Below, in pieces: positions 10,686 to 20,700 of a DNA stretch of 64,000 bases (the stretch's first letter is position 1; every line of letters begins with the position of its first letter). A program made the translations under genes and the position numbers. The notes under the pieces are model-generated. The model was not told the DNA's origin, did not search any database, and saw only the letters and a program-made list of their open reading frames with translations. This DNA comes from a virus (lineage: Duplodnaviria > Caudoviricetes): positions 1 through 64,000 of the IMG/VR virus record IMGVR_UViG_3300033073_001109; one strand, 5' to 3'.

Positions 10686-11116
10686 TTTAACTCGCTGCTT
10701 TCAACCGCAGAGAGTTTGAGTTGAACACTGTCAATATTAACTGTGCTCCACAATCCAGGGTGCATGGGTCTAGGAAAAACACCACGGTCTATCCAAGCAT
10801 AGCCGTGGTGTTCGTCATTTAGCACCGGTACAAACTCTTGTTCCACGATACAGACCCAGGTATGATATTCAAATTGATTGTCTACAGACGTAAACTTTTC
10901 CAACGGAATCAGTCGTTGATAAGCAGGAAAACTGCCTAGCTCTTCGGTGCATTCTCTTTCCATAGCACCCAGCAACGTTTCTTCGGCTTCAACTTTGCCA
11001 CCCGGCAATCCCCATGTATATGGGTGTTTGTTGTCGTTTCTCATGAGATATAGATATCTGCCGGTATGCTTACAGCAGAACCATACGCCAACAGCCTTTA
11101 CAACACTAGACTCCAT
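10682..11116 (-). CDS. Nudix hydrolase
   Basis: Nudix box GLPGGKVEAEETLLGAMERECTEELG; likely start is ATG at 11116 (MESSVV), overlapping the gp15 stop. Confidence 0.9.
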   Translation of the reverse strand: MESSVVKAVGVWFCCKHTGRYLYLMRNDNKHPYTWGLPGGKVEAEETLLGAMERECTEELGSFPAYQRLIPLEKFTSVDNQFEYHTWVCIVEQEFVPVLNDEHHGYAWIDRGVFPRPMHPGLWSTVNIDSVQLKLSAVESSELN

Positions 11117-12495
11117 GAACCTTCTACGTAAACGCCTTGATAACTTTTGATCCATTCAGCACCAGTCCATTCGTATTGCAATCCAGTAGTTAGATTGGTA
11201 ACATACTGTATGTCAGTGGTAGTTTGACTAGGAAAAGCCACATTCCATTCTGCTCCGTCGTACTCAATGATGTCGTTGGCATTGGCAACCAAAGGTTGTC
11301 CGTATACACCAGTCCATAATTGAGGGTTAGCCCAGTTGTCTGTGTTGCCAGTGGCTTCGGTAATGAGATATCTTTGTCCTGTGGCCGCAGCAGGTAAACC
11401 GTCACCGGGGCCACTCAACAGAGGGTTAATGACAGCATTGATAGGATCTAGTGTATTTTGCGGAACTGTGTCTGGGTCAGCACTGAACAATAACAAGCGA
11501 TCGTCGTTGGGGTCTACTACAATAGTGCCCACAACTTCTGACCCGTCGGCTTGTTCTAAACGTATTTGACTGATACCAGGTCTAAGTACTCCGTAAGCAT
11601 TGATCACTGCTGGCCACACCAGTGATGAAGTAGTCACAACATCTGGTACAGTAAGTTGCTCGTTGGTTGAATCAACAACCACTGCTGGTTCTAGAATCTG
11701 TATTTTGTCTTGTATCACCACAATTTGATAGTTCCATGGCGTAAATATTGCTCGTGTACCTAACAACAAATCGTTGTTGGTAATTGCATCTGCGGCATCG
11801 CCGTTGGCATCAAATATACCTGCTACAATACGCTCAATAACGCCTAGTTTCTTAACTTTGGCTGGCGGACTAATCCAAATAGGCATGCTAAAACTCAGCG
11901 TGGCAATGTCAATGGGATTTTCTGTACCCAACGGTATAGTGCGACTGGTCCAAGTCACACGGTCTAGATACACCACACTCAAACTGGTCCAATCAATAAA
12001 GTTATCAGTTGATTGTATTTCTAAACTGGGATTGAACAGCGTTAAGATTTGTTCTAACAATTGCAGTTTTTGATTTGTGTTTGATGTCCATATGTCTAGG
12101 TTCAATACCAAGTTATAAGGCACAGGCATTAATCGTTCGATGGTGAATGCATTGCCTTGTTGAGTATCCCATGTTTCTGTGGCGTCATCGTAGGAACGTT
12201 GTCTCACATTCATTTTACTGACAAAATATGGCTCTTGAATACGGTCTCTAGCGTAATCCAGACTAGTTATATAAAAAGTCATCAGCGGAGTCGATGGTAA
12301 CTCACTGGCAGAGTTATTTTGTATCACTGTTTGTGCGTTGCGACTGGCATCTCCGTATCGTACAGGTACACGTAACAACGCAGCCGCGTTGGGTCCGTTA
12401 TTTTCATTGCCGTATTCAACTTGGAATCCTGAAAAGATTCTAGTAAATTGCAGTAAGAAGCGACGAATTTGCTCGTCGTAAAAAAACATTTGCAT
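11098..12495 (-). CDS. gp15: Tail sheath stabiliser/terminator (T4 gp15-like) with C-terminal extension
   Basis: FFYDEQIRRFLLQF..IFS...RVPVRYGD...P.PLMTFYITSLDY...ER.MPVPYNL..NLDIWT.NT.QKLQLLEQIL.LFNP. Confidence 0.8.
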   Translation of the reverse strand: MQMFFYDEQIRRFLLQFTRIFSGFQVEYGNENNGPNAAALLRVPVRYGDASRNAQTVIQNNSASELPSTPLMTFYITSLDYARDRIQEPYFVSKMNVRQRSYDDATETWDTQQGNAFTIERLMPVPYNLVLNLDIWTSNTNQKLQLLEQILTLFNPSLEIQSTDNFIDWTSLSVVYLDRVTWTSRTIPLGTENPIDIATLSFSMPIWISPPAKVKKLGVIERIVAGIFDANGDAADAITNNDLLLGTRAIFTPWNYQIVVIQDKIQILEPAVVVDSTNEQLTVPDVVTTSSLVWPAVINAYGVLRPGISQIRLEQADGSEVVGTIVVDPNDDRLLLFSADPDTVPQNTLDPINAVINPLLSGPGDGLPAAATGQRYLITEATGNTDNWANPQLWTGVYGQPLVANANDIIEYDGAEWNVAFPSQTTTDIQYVTNLTTGLQYEWTGAEWIKSYQGVYVEGSWSLVL

Positions 12496-12497
12496 TG

Positions 12498-13880
12498 TTA
12501 TGGCTCGTTAGGTTGTCCAGGCTGTTGCGGCGGTCTTGGATTAGGAGATAAGTTGCCACCTCGATCACCGTTGTCGGCTCTGGGCTTGAGAATCTCTGAC
12601 AGACTTTGGCGACTTGGAATATTGCCCATGTCTGTGGTGTTAACAGTGTATGTATTGTTAACAAAGCCTGAGCGTAAAGTATTGTTACTAGGTCCATTGT
12701 TCAAATCTGTACGCACCTTCTCTTCGATCTTGACCCAACGGCGTCCATTATATCTAAACAGTCTATTGGGAAAATAATCCAAACGCAGGCAGTAATCTCC
12801 GTTTACTGGATTTGTAGGGAAACTGACACCAGGAGTCACAGGCAATCCGTTAGGAGGAACACCGTCACCAGTTAGGTAACCCACTGTATATCCGTCACTT
12901 CTTGGCGTATTATTTTCACCGCTTACTGTACCATCAACTGTGTTGCCATTTACTGTTGAAGTAACTGGTGTTTCTGGGTTGGCAGGCTGTCCATCTACTA
13001 ATGTTGGTGCAACATATAATTTTGTAACGTCGTAGCCCGATGCAGGAACTTCAACATCAGCCTGCGCTAATATAGCATCATTGATTTGGTTGTCTTTGGG
13101 TCTGGTACTAATCACGTCACTGACTGATGGTGGTGTGTAAGGTTGCCAATAATTGGTATTGTTAATATCAATGTCGGCTGGCGTGTTTTGTACGGCTTGA
13201 TAATAAACATCACCGTAGTTTACAATGGTTCCTTGTGGGTAGAAATTGCCTGGATCCCAGATATTTTCTTGCACAAAAGGTTTGTCTAGAATGTCTTTGT
13301 ATTCTTGTTGATTGGCCAGTGGGGTGGCTTTTACACGCCATAGGTGCGGCAACCATGTTTGACTAAATCCTTCAGACGCATAGTTGGCGTCCTGAATTAC
13401 ATAGTAACGTGGCATGGCTCTGGGAATAGAAGCATCCAACGGATAATAGTCTTTTAAATTAGGAACTTCAAGAACATCACCGTTCATGAGCTTGCGCCCA
13501 AATGTGTCAATCATGTCATTGAAATGAAAGGTCATAAACAATGTGTCATTGTTTAAAAACAATCCAAACTGTGTGAGATCAAAGTCAATGTCTTGTGCTC
13601 GATACACACCGCGCATGACATAAATGTCAGTGTCATAAATTCTATCTCTGTTTTCTAACAGCAACAAGTCTTGAATGTTCAATGGGCTTAGATCTTCATA
13701 GATGGGTTGCGTGGCATCGCCGTTGCCTGAAAAAGCAGAATCTGCCCCGCCTGTTTGTGGCCCCATGTATTTGTGGACATAGATATCTAATCCGCCTACA
13801 GTAAACATTTCACTGATTGTGCGGTCAAAAAACTGGTAATCTTTTGTGCGATTTGGGCGGTACAGACTTAACTTTGGCAT
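12498..13880 (-). CDS. gp14: Neck/head-closure protein (T4 gp14-like) with inserted CBM-like segment
   Basis: DYQFFDRTISEMF.VGG.DIYVHKY...DL.QFGLFL.NDTLFMTFH...GDVLE.P; located next to gp15. Confidence 0.7.
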   Translation of the reverse strand: MPKLSLYRPNRTKDYQFFDRTISEMFTVGGLDIYVHKYMGPQTGGADSAFSGNGDATQPIYEDLSPLNIQDLLLLENRDRIYDTDIYVMRGVYRAQDIDFDLTQFGLFLNNDTLFMTFHFNDMIDTFGRKLMNGDVLEVPNLKDYYPLDASIPRAMPRYYVIQDANYASEGFSQTWLPHLWRVKATPLANQQEYKDILDKPFVQENIWDPGNFYPQGTIVNYGDVYYQAVQNTPADIDINNTNYWQPYTPPSVSDVISTRPKDNQINDAILAQADVEVPASGYDVTKLYVAPTLVDGQPANPETPVTSTVNGNTVDGTVSGENNTPRSDGYTVGYLTGDGVPPNGLPVTPGVSFPTNPVNGDYCLRLDYFPNRLFRYNGRRWVKIEEKVRTDLNNGPSNNTLRSGFVNNTYTVNTTDMGNIPSRQSLSEILKPRADNGDRGGNLSPNPRPPQQPGQPNEP

Positions 13881-13888
13881 GGTAATAC

Positions 13889-13896
13889 TATTTATT
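13889..13896 (-). promoter_or_regulatory. T4-late-like promoter (AATAAATA) for the gp14-gp15-Nudix operon
   Basis: AATAAATA 8 nt upstream of the gp14 ATG on the minus strand. Confidence 0.6.
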
Positions 13897-13901
13897 GACG
13901 G

Positions 13902-13930
13902 TTGACCCGAAATTCTAAGAGTGCTATAAT
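13902..13930 (+). promoter_or_regulatory. Sigma70-type promoter with extended -10
   Basis: TTGACC-N17-TATAAT with TGC immediately before the -10. Confidence 0.85.
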
Positions 13931-13936
13931 TTGGGT

Positions 13937-14209
13937 ATGAAAGTTGTTAAATTAAACCGCAGATTCAAGATGTTCCGGGAACACGGGCATACCGTGGCTC
14001 TGCGTTTCAACGGCTGGAGCAAACTGATAGCACCCTATGAAAAGGTGTGTCGTGCGCGGCTGGGCACTGAATACAAAAACTTCAGTTGGTCTGGTCATTT
14101 TGGAACCCGTTCGGGCCGCAACGATGTACGCCCGTACTGGATTACATTCCGCAACGAAGCAGATCTTACTTTAGTACTACTTTCTGTTGACTTGACCAAA
14201 AAACCATAA
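13937..14209 (+). CDS. Hypothetical protein, probably leaderless
   Basis: ATG 6 nt after the -10 box; no SD sequence. Confidence 0.65.
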   Translation: MKVVKLNRRFKMFREHGHTVALRFNGWSKLIAPYEKVCRARLGTEYKNFSWSGHFGTRSGRNDVRPYWITFRNEADLTLVLLSVDLTKKP

Positions 14210-14220
14210 TCTGCTATAAT
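14192..14220 (+). promoter_or_regulatory. Sigma70-type promoter with extended -10
   Basis: TTGACC-N17-TATAAT with TGC; GGAG SD precedes ATG 14240. Confidence 0.85.
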
Positions 14221-14239
14221 TACAGTCAAAGGAGCCGTA

Positions 14240-15379
14240 ATGAAAACAGCCGCACCCAAACCCTTGAATCCCCGTAGCCCAGATACCAAGTATGTGGGCG
14301 ATGAACCTCGCTGGACCAAACAGCCCACAGAAGGCCGCATCAGTGCTCTCAGCAATGCGTTTGGATGGTACAATTACTTTTATGGCAAGAAAGAAGCCAA
14401 GGACTTTGTAGCCAGTTATTTAGACCGCCATGAACGCACAAAAGATGCTAAAAAAATACGTGCCATATCTGACAGTCAAATCCGGCTGACCACAGGTTGG
14501 TTGTGCCGCATGGCGGACATGGGTTTGCAGTTAGACGAGCATGAGCAAATTAAACTGGACAACCTTATTGCTGAACTCTTGGCTATCAAAGACGAGCCAC
14601 GAGTTGAACTAGAAGCGACCGAAGCCAAAGACGAAACCCCACGTCTTACTATTCAAGACCGTTTGCGAGAAAAGGTCAGTGAGTTTTTGGGCGAACTAGA
14701 CGGACAGTTTGATGAGTTCATTACTTCTGGCGCCAAGCTCACTGCTGATTACAAACCAGTGGCTCTCATGCGTGGTATGAATATTGCCCCGCAGATGATT
14801 AGCATAGTCAAAGATACCTGGGCACGTAAACTAGCCGAATTTGAAGATGCTGTGGCCGGCAAAGATGCAGATCTTGTAAAAGGTTACGACTTCCTGACCA
14901 AGAATCAACTCAAACAGTGTGTAAAGTTCTGTGAATTAGTACTGAACGACTGTGGCAGTTATGTACAAATCAAGAAGGTTGAACGCAAGCCTCGCAAGGT
15001 CAAGCCTGTGAGTCCTGAAAAGAAAGCGGCTAAGTTTAAAATTTGCGCCGAAGTTCCAGAGCTTAAACTCAAGAGCTTGCCAGCATCACAGTTAGTGGAC
15101 AAGAGCGAAGCATGGTTGTTTGATGCCAAGAAACGCAAATTAATCCACCTTGTGGCTGACGAATATGCCAAGACATTTACTGTTAAAAACAACGCTGTGA
15201 TTGGCTTTTCGACTACAGAAACCCAGCAAAAAACCCTGCGTAAACCTTCAGAGCAAATCAAAGCCATAGCCACAGTAGGCAAGCCCGCGGCCCGCAAAGC
15301 ATTCAAGGACATCAAAGCCACCGAAACTGCCTGGAATGGACGTGGTACTGAAAATCTTGTGATACTGCGAGTTTGGTAA
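14240..15379 (+). CDS. Hypothetical phage protein (379 aa)
   Basis: Long ORF with SD and promoter; no motif recognised. Confidence 0.75.
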   Translation: MKTAAPKPLNPRSPDTKYVGDEPRWTKQPTEGRISALSNAFGWYNYFYGKKEAKDFVASYLDRHERTKDAKKIRAISDSQIRLTTGWLCRMADMGLQLDEHEQIKLDNLIAELLAIKDEPRVELEATEAKDETPRLTIQDRLREKVSEFLGELDGQFDEFITSGAKLTADYKPVALMRGMNIAPQMISIVKDTWARKLAEFEDAVAGKDADLVKGYDFLTKNQLKQCVKFCELVLNDCGSYVQIKKVERKPRKVKPVSPEKKAAKFKICAEVPELKLKSLPASQLVDKSEAWLFDAKKRKLIHLVADEYAKTFTVKNNAVIGFSTTETQQKTLRKPSEQIKAIATVGKPAARKAFKDIKATETAWNGRGTENLVILRVW

Positions 15380-15384
15380 ACCAG

Positions 15385-15412
15385 TCTCCTGCCAATAAAT
15401 ACTGGCAGGAGA
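15385..15412 (+). promoter_or_regulatory. 10-bp hairpin with late promoter ATAAATA in the loop and the gp13 SD in the 3' arm
   Basis: TCTCCTGCCA-ATAAATAC-TGGCAGGAGA; ATG at 15418. Confidence 0.75.
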
Positions 15413-15417
15413 TTCTC

Positions 15418-16188
15418 ATGGCAGAACAGCAACAAGATTCACTTTCAGAGCTCAAGCAAAACCTAATCAACTACGTACAGTTGCAGTTGGGTGGCCAAAT
15501 GGTCGACATTGAGTTAGATCCTGAGCACTACGAAGCCGCTTATCAAAAAACTTTAGGCACATATCGCCAACGTGCTCAAAATGCCTATGAAGAAAGTTAC
15601 AGTTTCTTGCAAATGGTCAAGGACGACAACATCTACGTCTTGCCACAAGAAGTTGTTTCAGTCCGTCAAATTTTTCGCAGAACATTCGGCGATGCTACAG
15701 GTCCGTTTGCATCAAACTTTGATCCTTTTGCTCAAGCATCGTTGAACGTTTATCTAATGAACTTCAACGTAGCCGGTGGCCTTGCTACCTATGATTTTTA
15801 CAGCCAGTATGTAGAACTTGCGGGTCGTATGTTTGGCGCTTACATGAACTATACGTTCAACCCAGTGACTAAGAAGTTACAGTTAATTCGTGACCCCAAA
15901 GGCACCGGTGAGTTTGTGCTACTTTGGACCTATAACCTAAAACCTGAAATCAATCTGTTGTCAGACTTCCAAATCTCACAGTGGATTCGAGATTACATGG
16001 TTGCCAACTGCAAAATGATGATTGGCGAAGCCCGTGAAAAATTTGCAACTATTGCTGGCCCACAAGGAGGTTCTACCCTAAACGGCACTGCCATGAAAGG
16101 CGAAGCGCAAGCTCAAATGGACGCTCTTGTATTACAATTGGTTAACTACGTAGATGGCTCACAGCCCATTACTTGGGTCATTGGATAA
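15418..16188 (+). CDS. gp13: Neck protein / head-tail adaptor (T4 gp13-like)
   Basis: LINYV.LQLGG.MVDIELD.EHY..A....L..YRQR; WIRDY..A.CK..IGEAREKF..I.GP.GG.TLNG. Confidence 0.8.
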   Translation: MAEQQQDSLSELKQNLINYVQLQLGGQMVDIELDPEHYEAAYQKTLGTYRQRAQNAYEESYSFLQMVKDDNIYVLPQEVVSVRQIFRRTFGDATGPFASNFDPFAQASLNVYLMNFNVAGGLATYDFYSQYVELAGRMFGAYMNYTFNPVTKKLQLIRDPKGTGEFVLLWTYNLKPEINLLSDFQISQWIRDYMVANCKMMIGEAREKFATIAGPQGGSTLNGTAMKGEAQAQMDALVLQLVNYVDGSQPITWVIG

Positions 16189-16217
16189 TTGACACAGCAA
16201 TCAGTTCATGCTATAAT
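16189..16217 (+). promoter_or_regulatory. Sigma70-type promoter with extended -10
   Basis: TTGACA-N17-TATAAT with TGC. Confidence 0.85.
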
Positions 16218-16222
16218 CATGC

Positions 16223-16744
16223 ATGGACTTAATGATTGATCTTGAGGGTTTGGGCACAGGCCCCGACACTACTATTCTTACCATAGCCGCACAAGCGTTT
16301 GATCCGTTTGGCTCTGGCTACTACCCTCAATCATACTACGCTAGGGTAACTCTAGAAAGCCAAGAAAATCGCAGCATTCAACAAGGAACCATTGAATGGT
16401 GGGCTACTCAACCTGCTGTGGTTCGCGATGAAGCATTTGCTGAAGACGGTCGTATTCCCCTGGACGAAGCATTGGACGGTCTAGGCAAACTAATTTGGCA
16501 CTCTAAACGTGTGTGGGCGCAAGGCCCTACCTATGACATGAATATTTTAGAGCATGCTTACAAGAGTTACAACAAACCATTGCCTTGGCAGTACTACATG
16601 GTGCGTGATAGCCGTACAGTGTTCTCCTTGTGGCCAGATCAGCCTATTCCTCCTACCACACATCATGCCCTAGAAGACTGCCGCAGACAAATTAGTATGC
16701 TACAAAATTGTCTTAAATACCTCAACGTTAAGGAACTTAAATGA
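16223..16744 (+). CDS. DEDDh 3'-5' exonuclease (DexA / Rv2179c-like)
   Basis: MIDLEGLG, W.QGPTYD..IL, RDSRT and HHALEDC motifs. Confidence 0.8.
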   Translation: MDLMIDLEGLGTGPDTTILTIAAQAFDPFGSGYYPQSYYARVTLESQENRSIQQGTIEWWATQPAVVRDEAFAEDGRIPLDEALDGLGKLIWHSKRVWAQGPTYDMNILEHAYKSYNKPLPWQYYMVRDSRTVFSLWPDQPIPPTTHHALEDCRRQISMLQNCLKYLNVKELK

Positions 16745-17403
16745 TCATTGGAATCTGTGGTTTTATTGGCTCCGGCAAGGATACAATTGCTGATTATCTA
16801 GTTAATTTACACGGGTTTAGACGCGAATCATTTGCTAATAGTTTGAAAGACGCTGTGGCACAAGTTTTTGGTTGGGATAGAACCATGCTTGAGGGTCGTA
16901 CCAAGCAAAGCAGAGAATGGCGCGAACAACGGGACGAGTGGTGGAGCCAACGCCTGGGCATGGATATTACTCCGCGTTATGTGCTACAACAATGGGGCAC
17001 AGAAGTTTGCCGTAAGTCATTCCATGATGATATTTGGATTGCTAGCTTAGAAAACAAACTGCGCAACATACAAGATGATGTTGTGATCACTGACTGTAGA
17101 TTTCCCAACGAAATACGAGCAATTAGAGCTGCGGGCGGTCAAGTTTTGCGTGTAGTGCGCGGTCCTGAACCGGACTGGTATTTGGCCGCAGAAAGTGTAA
17201 ATCGTGGCCCCGATGGCAATGCATCTTGGAGCATCGGCAAAGCCAAATTAGAACGATTAAAAATACATGCTAGCGAAACTTCTTGGGTTGGCACCAATTT
17301 TGATGCAGTGCTAGACAACAATAGCACACTGGATGATCTGTATCAACAGGTTAAACGTCTGGTGTCAGATCCCCCGGACGCCACACACTCTCTTGCCGCT
17401 TGA
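16741..17403 (+). CDS. Deoxynucleoside monophosphate kinase (T4 gp1-like)
   Basis: IIGICGFIGSGKDT P-loop; F...LKDA; PR..LQ.WGTE..R; VITDCRFPNE. Confidence 0.9.
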   Translation: MIIGICGFIGSGKDTIADYLVNLHGFRRESFANSLKDAVAQVFGWDRTMLEGRTKQSREWREQRDEWWSQRLGMDITPRYVLQQWGTEVCRKSFHDDIWIASLENKLRNIQDDVVITDCRFPNEIRAIRAAGGQVLRVVRGPEPDWYLAAESVNRGPDGNASWSIGKAKLERLKIHASETSWVGTNFDAVLDNNSTLDDLYQQVKRLVSDPPDATHSLAA

Positions 17404-17695
17404 TATCTGCGGCGCAATTTAAACAAATTGTTCGCAAATTTCTTTGAGCAGAGTTGTTGAGATTTCCGTCAACGTGAAATACCAATAATTGACTGGGATG
17501 TTTTGCTTTGAATCCGCATCTATCACATGCGGATTTTTTCTTATAGCCATCTAGTTGCCAACGAGGAACCGGTGCTTTGGCTTTTTTGTTCTTTTTGATA
17601 CAAGTTTCACAGCGGCTGCGATAATAAATTTTGCCATTGCGATAACAATTTACTGCTCTTGGACGTTGATTACAAGCAGGACAGATAGGTCTCAT
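17351..17695 (-). CDS. Zn-finger / HNH-like protein
   Basis: Three CxxC pairs plus HVDGNLNN...NLRTICLNC. Confidence 0.7.
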   Translation of the reverse strand: MRPICPACNQRPRAVNCYRNGKIYYRSRCETCIKKNKKAKAPVPRWQLDGYKKKSACDRCGFKAKHPSQLLVFHVDGNLNNSAQRNLRTICLNCAADIKRQESVWRPGDLTPDV

Positions 17696-17699
17696 ACAG

Positions 17700-17707
17700 T
17701 ATTTATA
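17700..17707 (-). promoter_or_regulatory. T4-late consensus promoter TATAAATA
   Basis: TATAAATA-CTGT-ATG on the minus strand. Confidence 0.7.
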
Positions 17708-17751
17708 GTACGAACCTTACTGTAAGGGTAGCATAGACGGCGAATTTTTCC

Positions 17752-17775
17752 AGTTACCTATAAATATTGGTAACT
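17752..17775 (+). promoter_or_regulatory. Late promoter TATAAATA inside a 7-bp inverted repeat, upstream of the sheath gene
   Basis: AGTTACC-TATAAATATT-GGTAACT. Confidence 0.7.
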
Positions 17776-17793
17776 TGAAAAGGAAACCATAAC

Positions 17794-20700
17794 ATGGCTC
17801 TAGTATCACCCGGCGTACAAGTAACAGTAATTGATGAAAGTCAATATATTCCATCTGCTGTTAACACAGTACCTTATTTCCTTGTTGCCACTGCACAAAA
17901 CAAAGTCAGCAGTGACGGCATCACTGTTGCTGCTGGCACAACCGCTGCCAATGCCAACAAAACATATTTAATCACAAGTCAGAGAGATTTAACTGCTACT
18001 TTTGGTGTGCCATTCTTCTACAATACCACAGGCGGCACCCCGATCAACGGTTACGAACTCAACGAATACGGCTTGCTTGCTGCCTACAGTGCGCTTGGGG
18101 TGTCAAACCGTTGCTATGTTCAGCGTGTAGACATTGACCTGACACAATTGGCTGCTAGTTTGAGCCGACCAACTGGAGAACCCAACAACGGTGCTTTCTG
18201 GGAAGATGCTAGTGCTTCTACCTGGGGCATCCAAGAGTGGAATCAATCCACTGCTGGATTCACAGTAAAAACTCCTATAGTAGTCACTGACCAGGCTGAC
18301 GTAGTGAATTACTCAGGCGGCGACTATACTCCGGTATCAACACTAGGCAGCATTGGAGATTATGCTGTCAGTGCTGTCAGCGAATTTTTACAAGTTTACT
18401 ACAAAACAGCCGGTCTAACACCCACTGGCGAAAGCTCAGTGGTTACTACAAACACCTGGGTGTTGGTTGGCAGCGATAATTGGAAATTGTCATGGCCCAC
18501 AGTGAGTGGTACCGCAGCTCCAACTAGCCTGACCGCTGGAAACAGTATTTTTATTAATGATGTAGAAGTTATTGTTGGAACCGGTGCTACTGCAACAACT
18601 GTCACTGGGTTTGCTACAGCCATTAACACTGTGGTATCAATCACTGGTGTTTACGCCAAAGTTGTCAGCGGCAAGTTGAACTTGTATGCAAACAAATCTG
18701 CAACCAACGACGGAAGTACTAATTCTGGCAACGGTATTATCAGTGTTGAACCAGGTACCAACGGTGCTAGTTTGTTGACTGCACTGGGCATCACTTCTGC
18801 TGTATACCAAGCTCCTACTTATTTGCCAGCCTACAGCTATCAAGCTCCACGCTGGAGAACCACCGACACAGTCCCTGCGCCAACCGGAAGCGTATGGCAA
18901 AATCTTAGCCCAGTAAACAACGGAATGAATGTTGTACTGAAAAAGTGGAGCAGTACACTAGCATCTTGGGTTACTCAAACCACTAATGTATATCTCAATG
19001 ACGCCTTGGCGATTTATGCATTAGATCCAAGTGGAGGCGGAAAAAATATTCCTGTTGGCACAACCTACATGAATTACAACGCTCAGCAAGGCAGTGCGTC
19101 AAACCCGCCTACTGCATCATTTGAAATTTTTGAAAGATTGTTGCTAGGACAAACTGTGGTCACAGGCAGTGTGTCCAATCCAACATTCACTGTTGGCGAT
19201 AGTTTTAGTTTCCAGGTTACTGAAGCAGGAAATTCAAACTTTGTTGGACCATTCTATGTAACACTAACTGGAACCACTGCTGATGATTTTATCAGCGACT
19301 TCCAAGCTGCCAATGCTCCATATACCACAGCTAGTTTAGATAGCTCGGGTAATATTGTGTTAACTCACACACAAGGCGGTACCATTGTATTGTTTAATAC
19401 AATCTACGGAACACCAGTTGCAGATGCTGGCTTCACTAATTCAACTCCGTTGTGTCGCCCAGGTCGCACCACAGGTAATTTGGTATTGAGTAACTTTGTT
19501 ACTACACCAGAGTTTACCTATGCTAATAGCACCACTGCCCCTTATCAAAACCCAGCCAACGGAACATTGTGGTACTATAGCACTGCCACACAAGCAGATA
19601 TTATGATTCAAGACAACGGCTCGTGGCAAGGTTATCAAAACGTTGCCAACGATGTACGTGGTTTCGATCTGAGAGATACCAACGCAAGTGGACCAATTTT
19701 CAGTACCACTGCTCCGTTGACTCAGAACAATGCTGCTGAATCACCATTGGCCTACGGTGATCTCTGGATCGACACCAGCGACTTGGAAAATTATCCAATG
19801 ATATATCGTTGGGAGCCTGTGGACGGAGTTGACCAATGGGTATCAATCAACACCACTGACCAGGTAACGCAAAATGGTATTTTGTTTGCCGATGCCCGTT
19901 GGGCTCCAAACGGGACCACTGACCCAATCAGCGATCCAATTCCGACCATTGCAAGTTTGTTGACCAGCGATTACCTAGATTTGGACGCTCCAGATCCTTT
20001 GTTATATCCACAAGGTATGTTGTTATGGAACACACGTCGCAGTGGTTACAATGTTAAGAGTTACAACAACGACTACTTCAATGCTACAAACTTCCCTGAT
20101 GCTAGTTTGCCAAGCGTTGCTGCCACTTGGATTACTGCTAGCGGCAACCGCGACAATGGCGCTATGTGGGGAGGCCGCCTAGCACAACGTCAGATGGTTG
20201 TTGCAGCCATGAAGGCAGGTATTGACACAAGTCAGGCAGCACGAGAAGAGCAAAACAATTATAATTTGATTGCTTCTCCAGCATATCCTGAATTGATGCC
20301 AAACATGATTGCACTCAGCAACGAGCGCAACAACACACTGTTTGTTGTTGGAGATACTCCAATGAGATTGGCAGTTGATGGTAATAGCTTGGTTGCTTGG
20401 GCCACCAACAACAACGGATTGGGCTTGCCAACTGAAGACGGCCTAGTGGCAACCAGCAACTATTGTGCTGCTTTCTATCCAAGTTGCCAGACCAATGATT
20501 TGAGTGGCAATACAGTGGTAGCTCCTCCAAGTCACATGATGGTGCGTACAATTTTGCGTAGTGACTCAGTGAGCTATCCATGGTTAGCACCAGCAGGTAC
20601 ACGCCGCGGTGTGATTGACAATGCTACCGCTATTGGTTACATCGATTCTGCCACAGGTGAATTTGTACAATTAGGCGTTGGGCAAAGTGTACGCGACATC

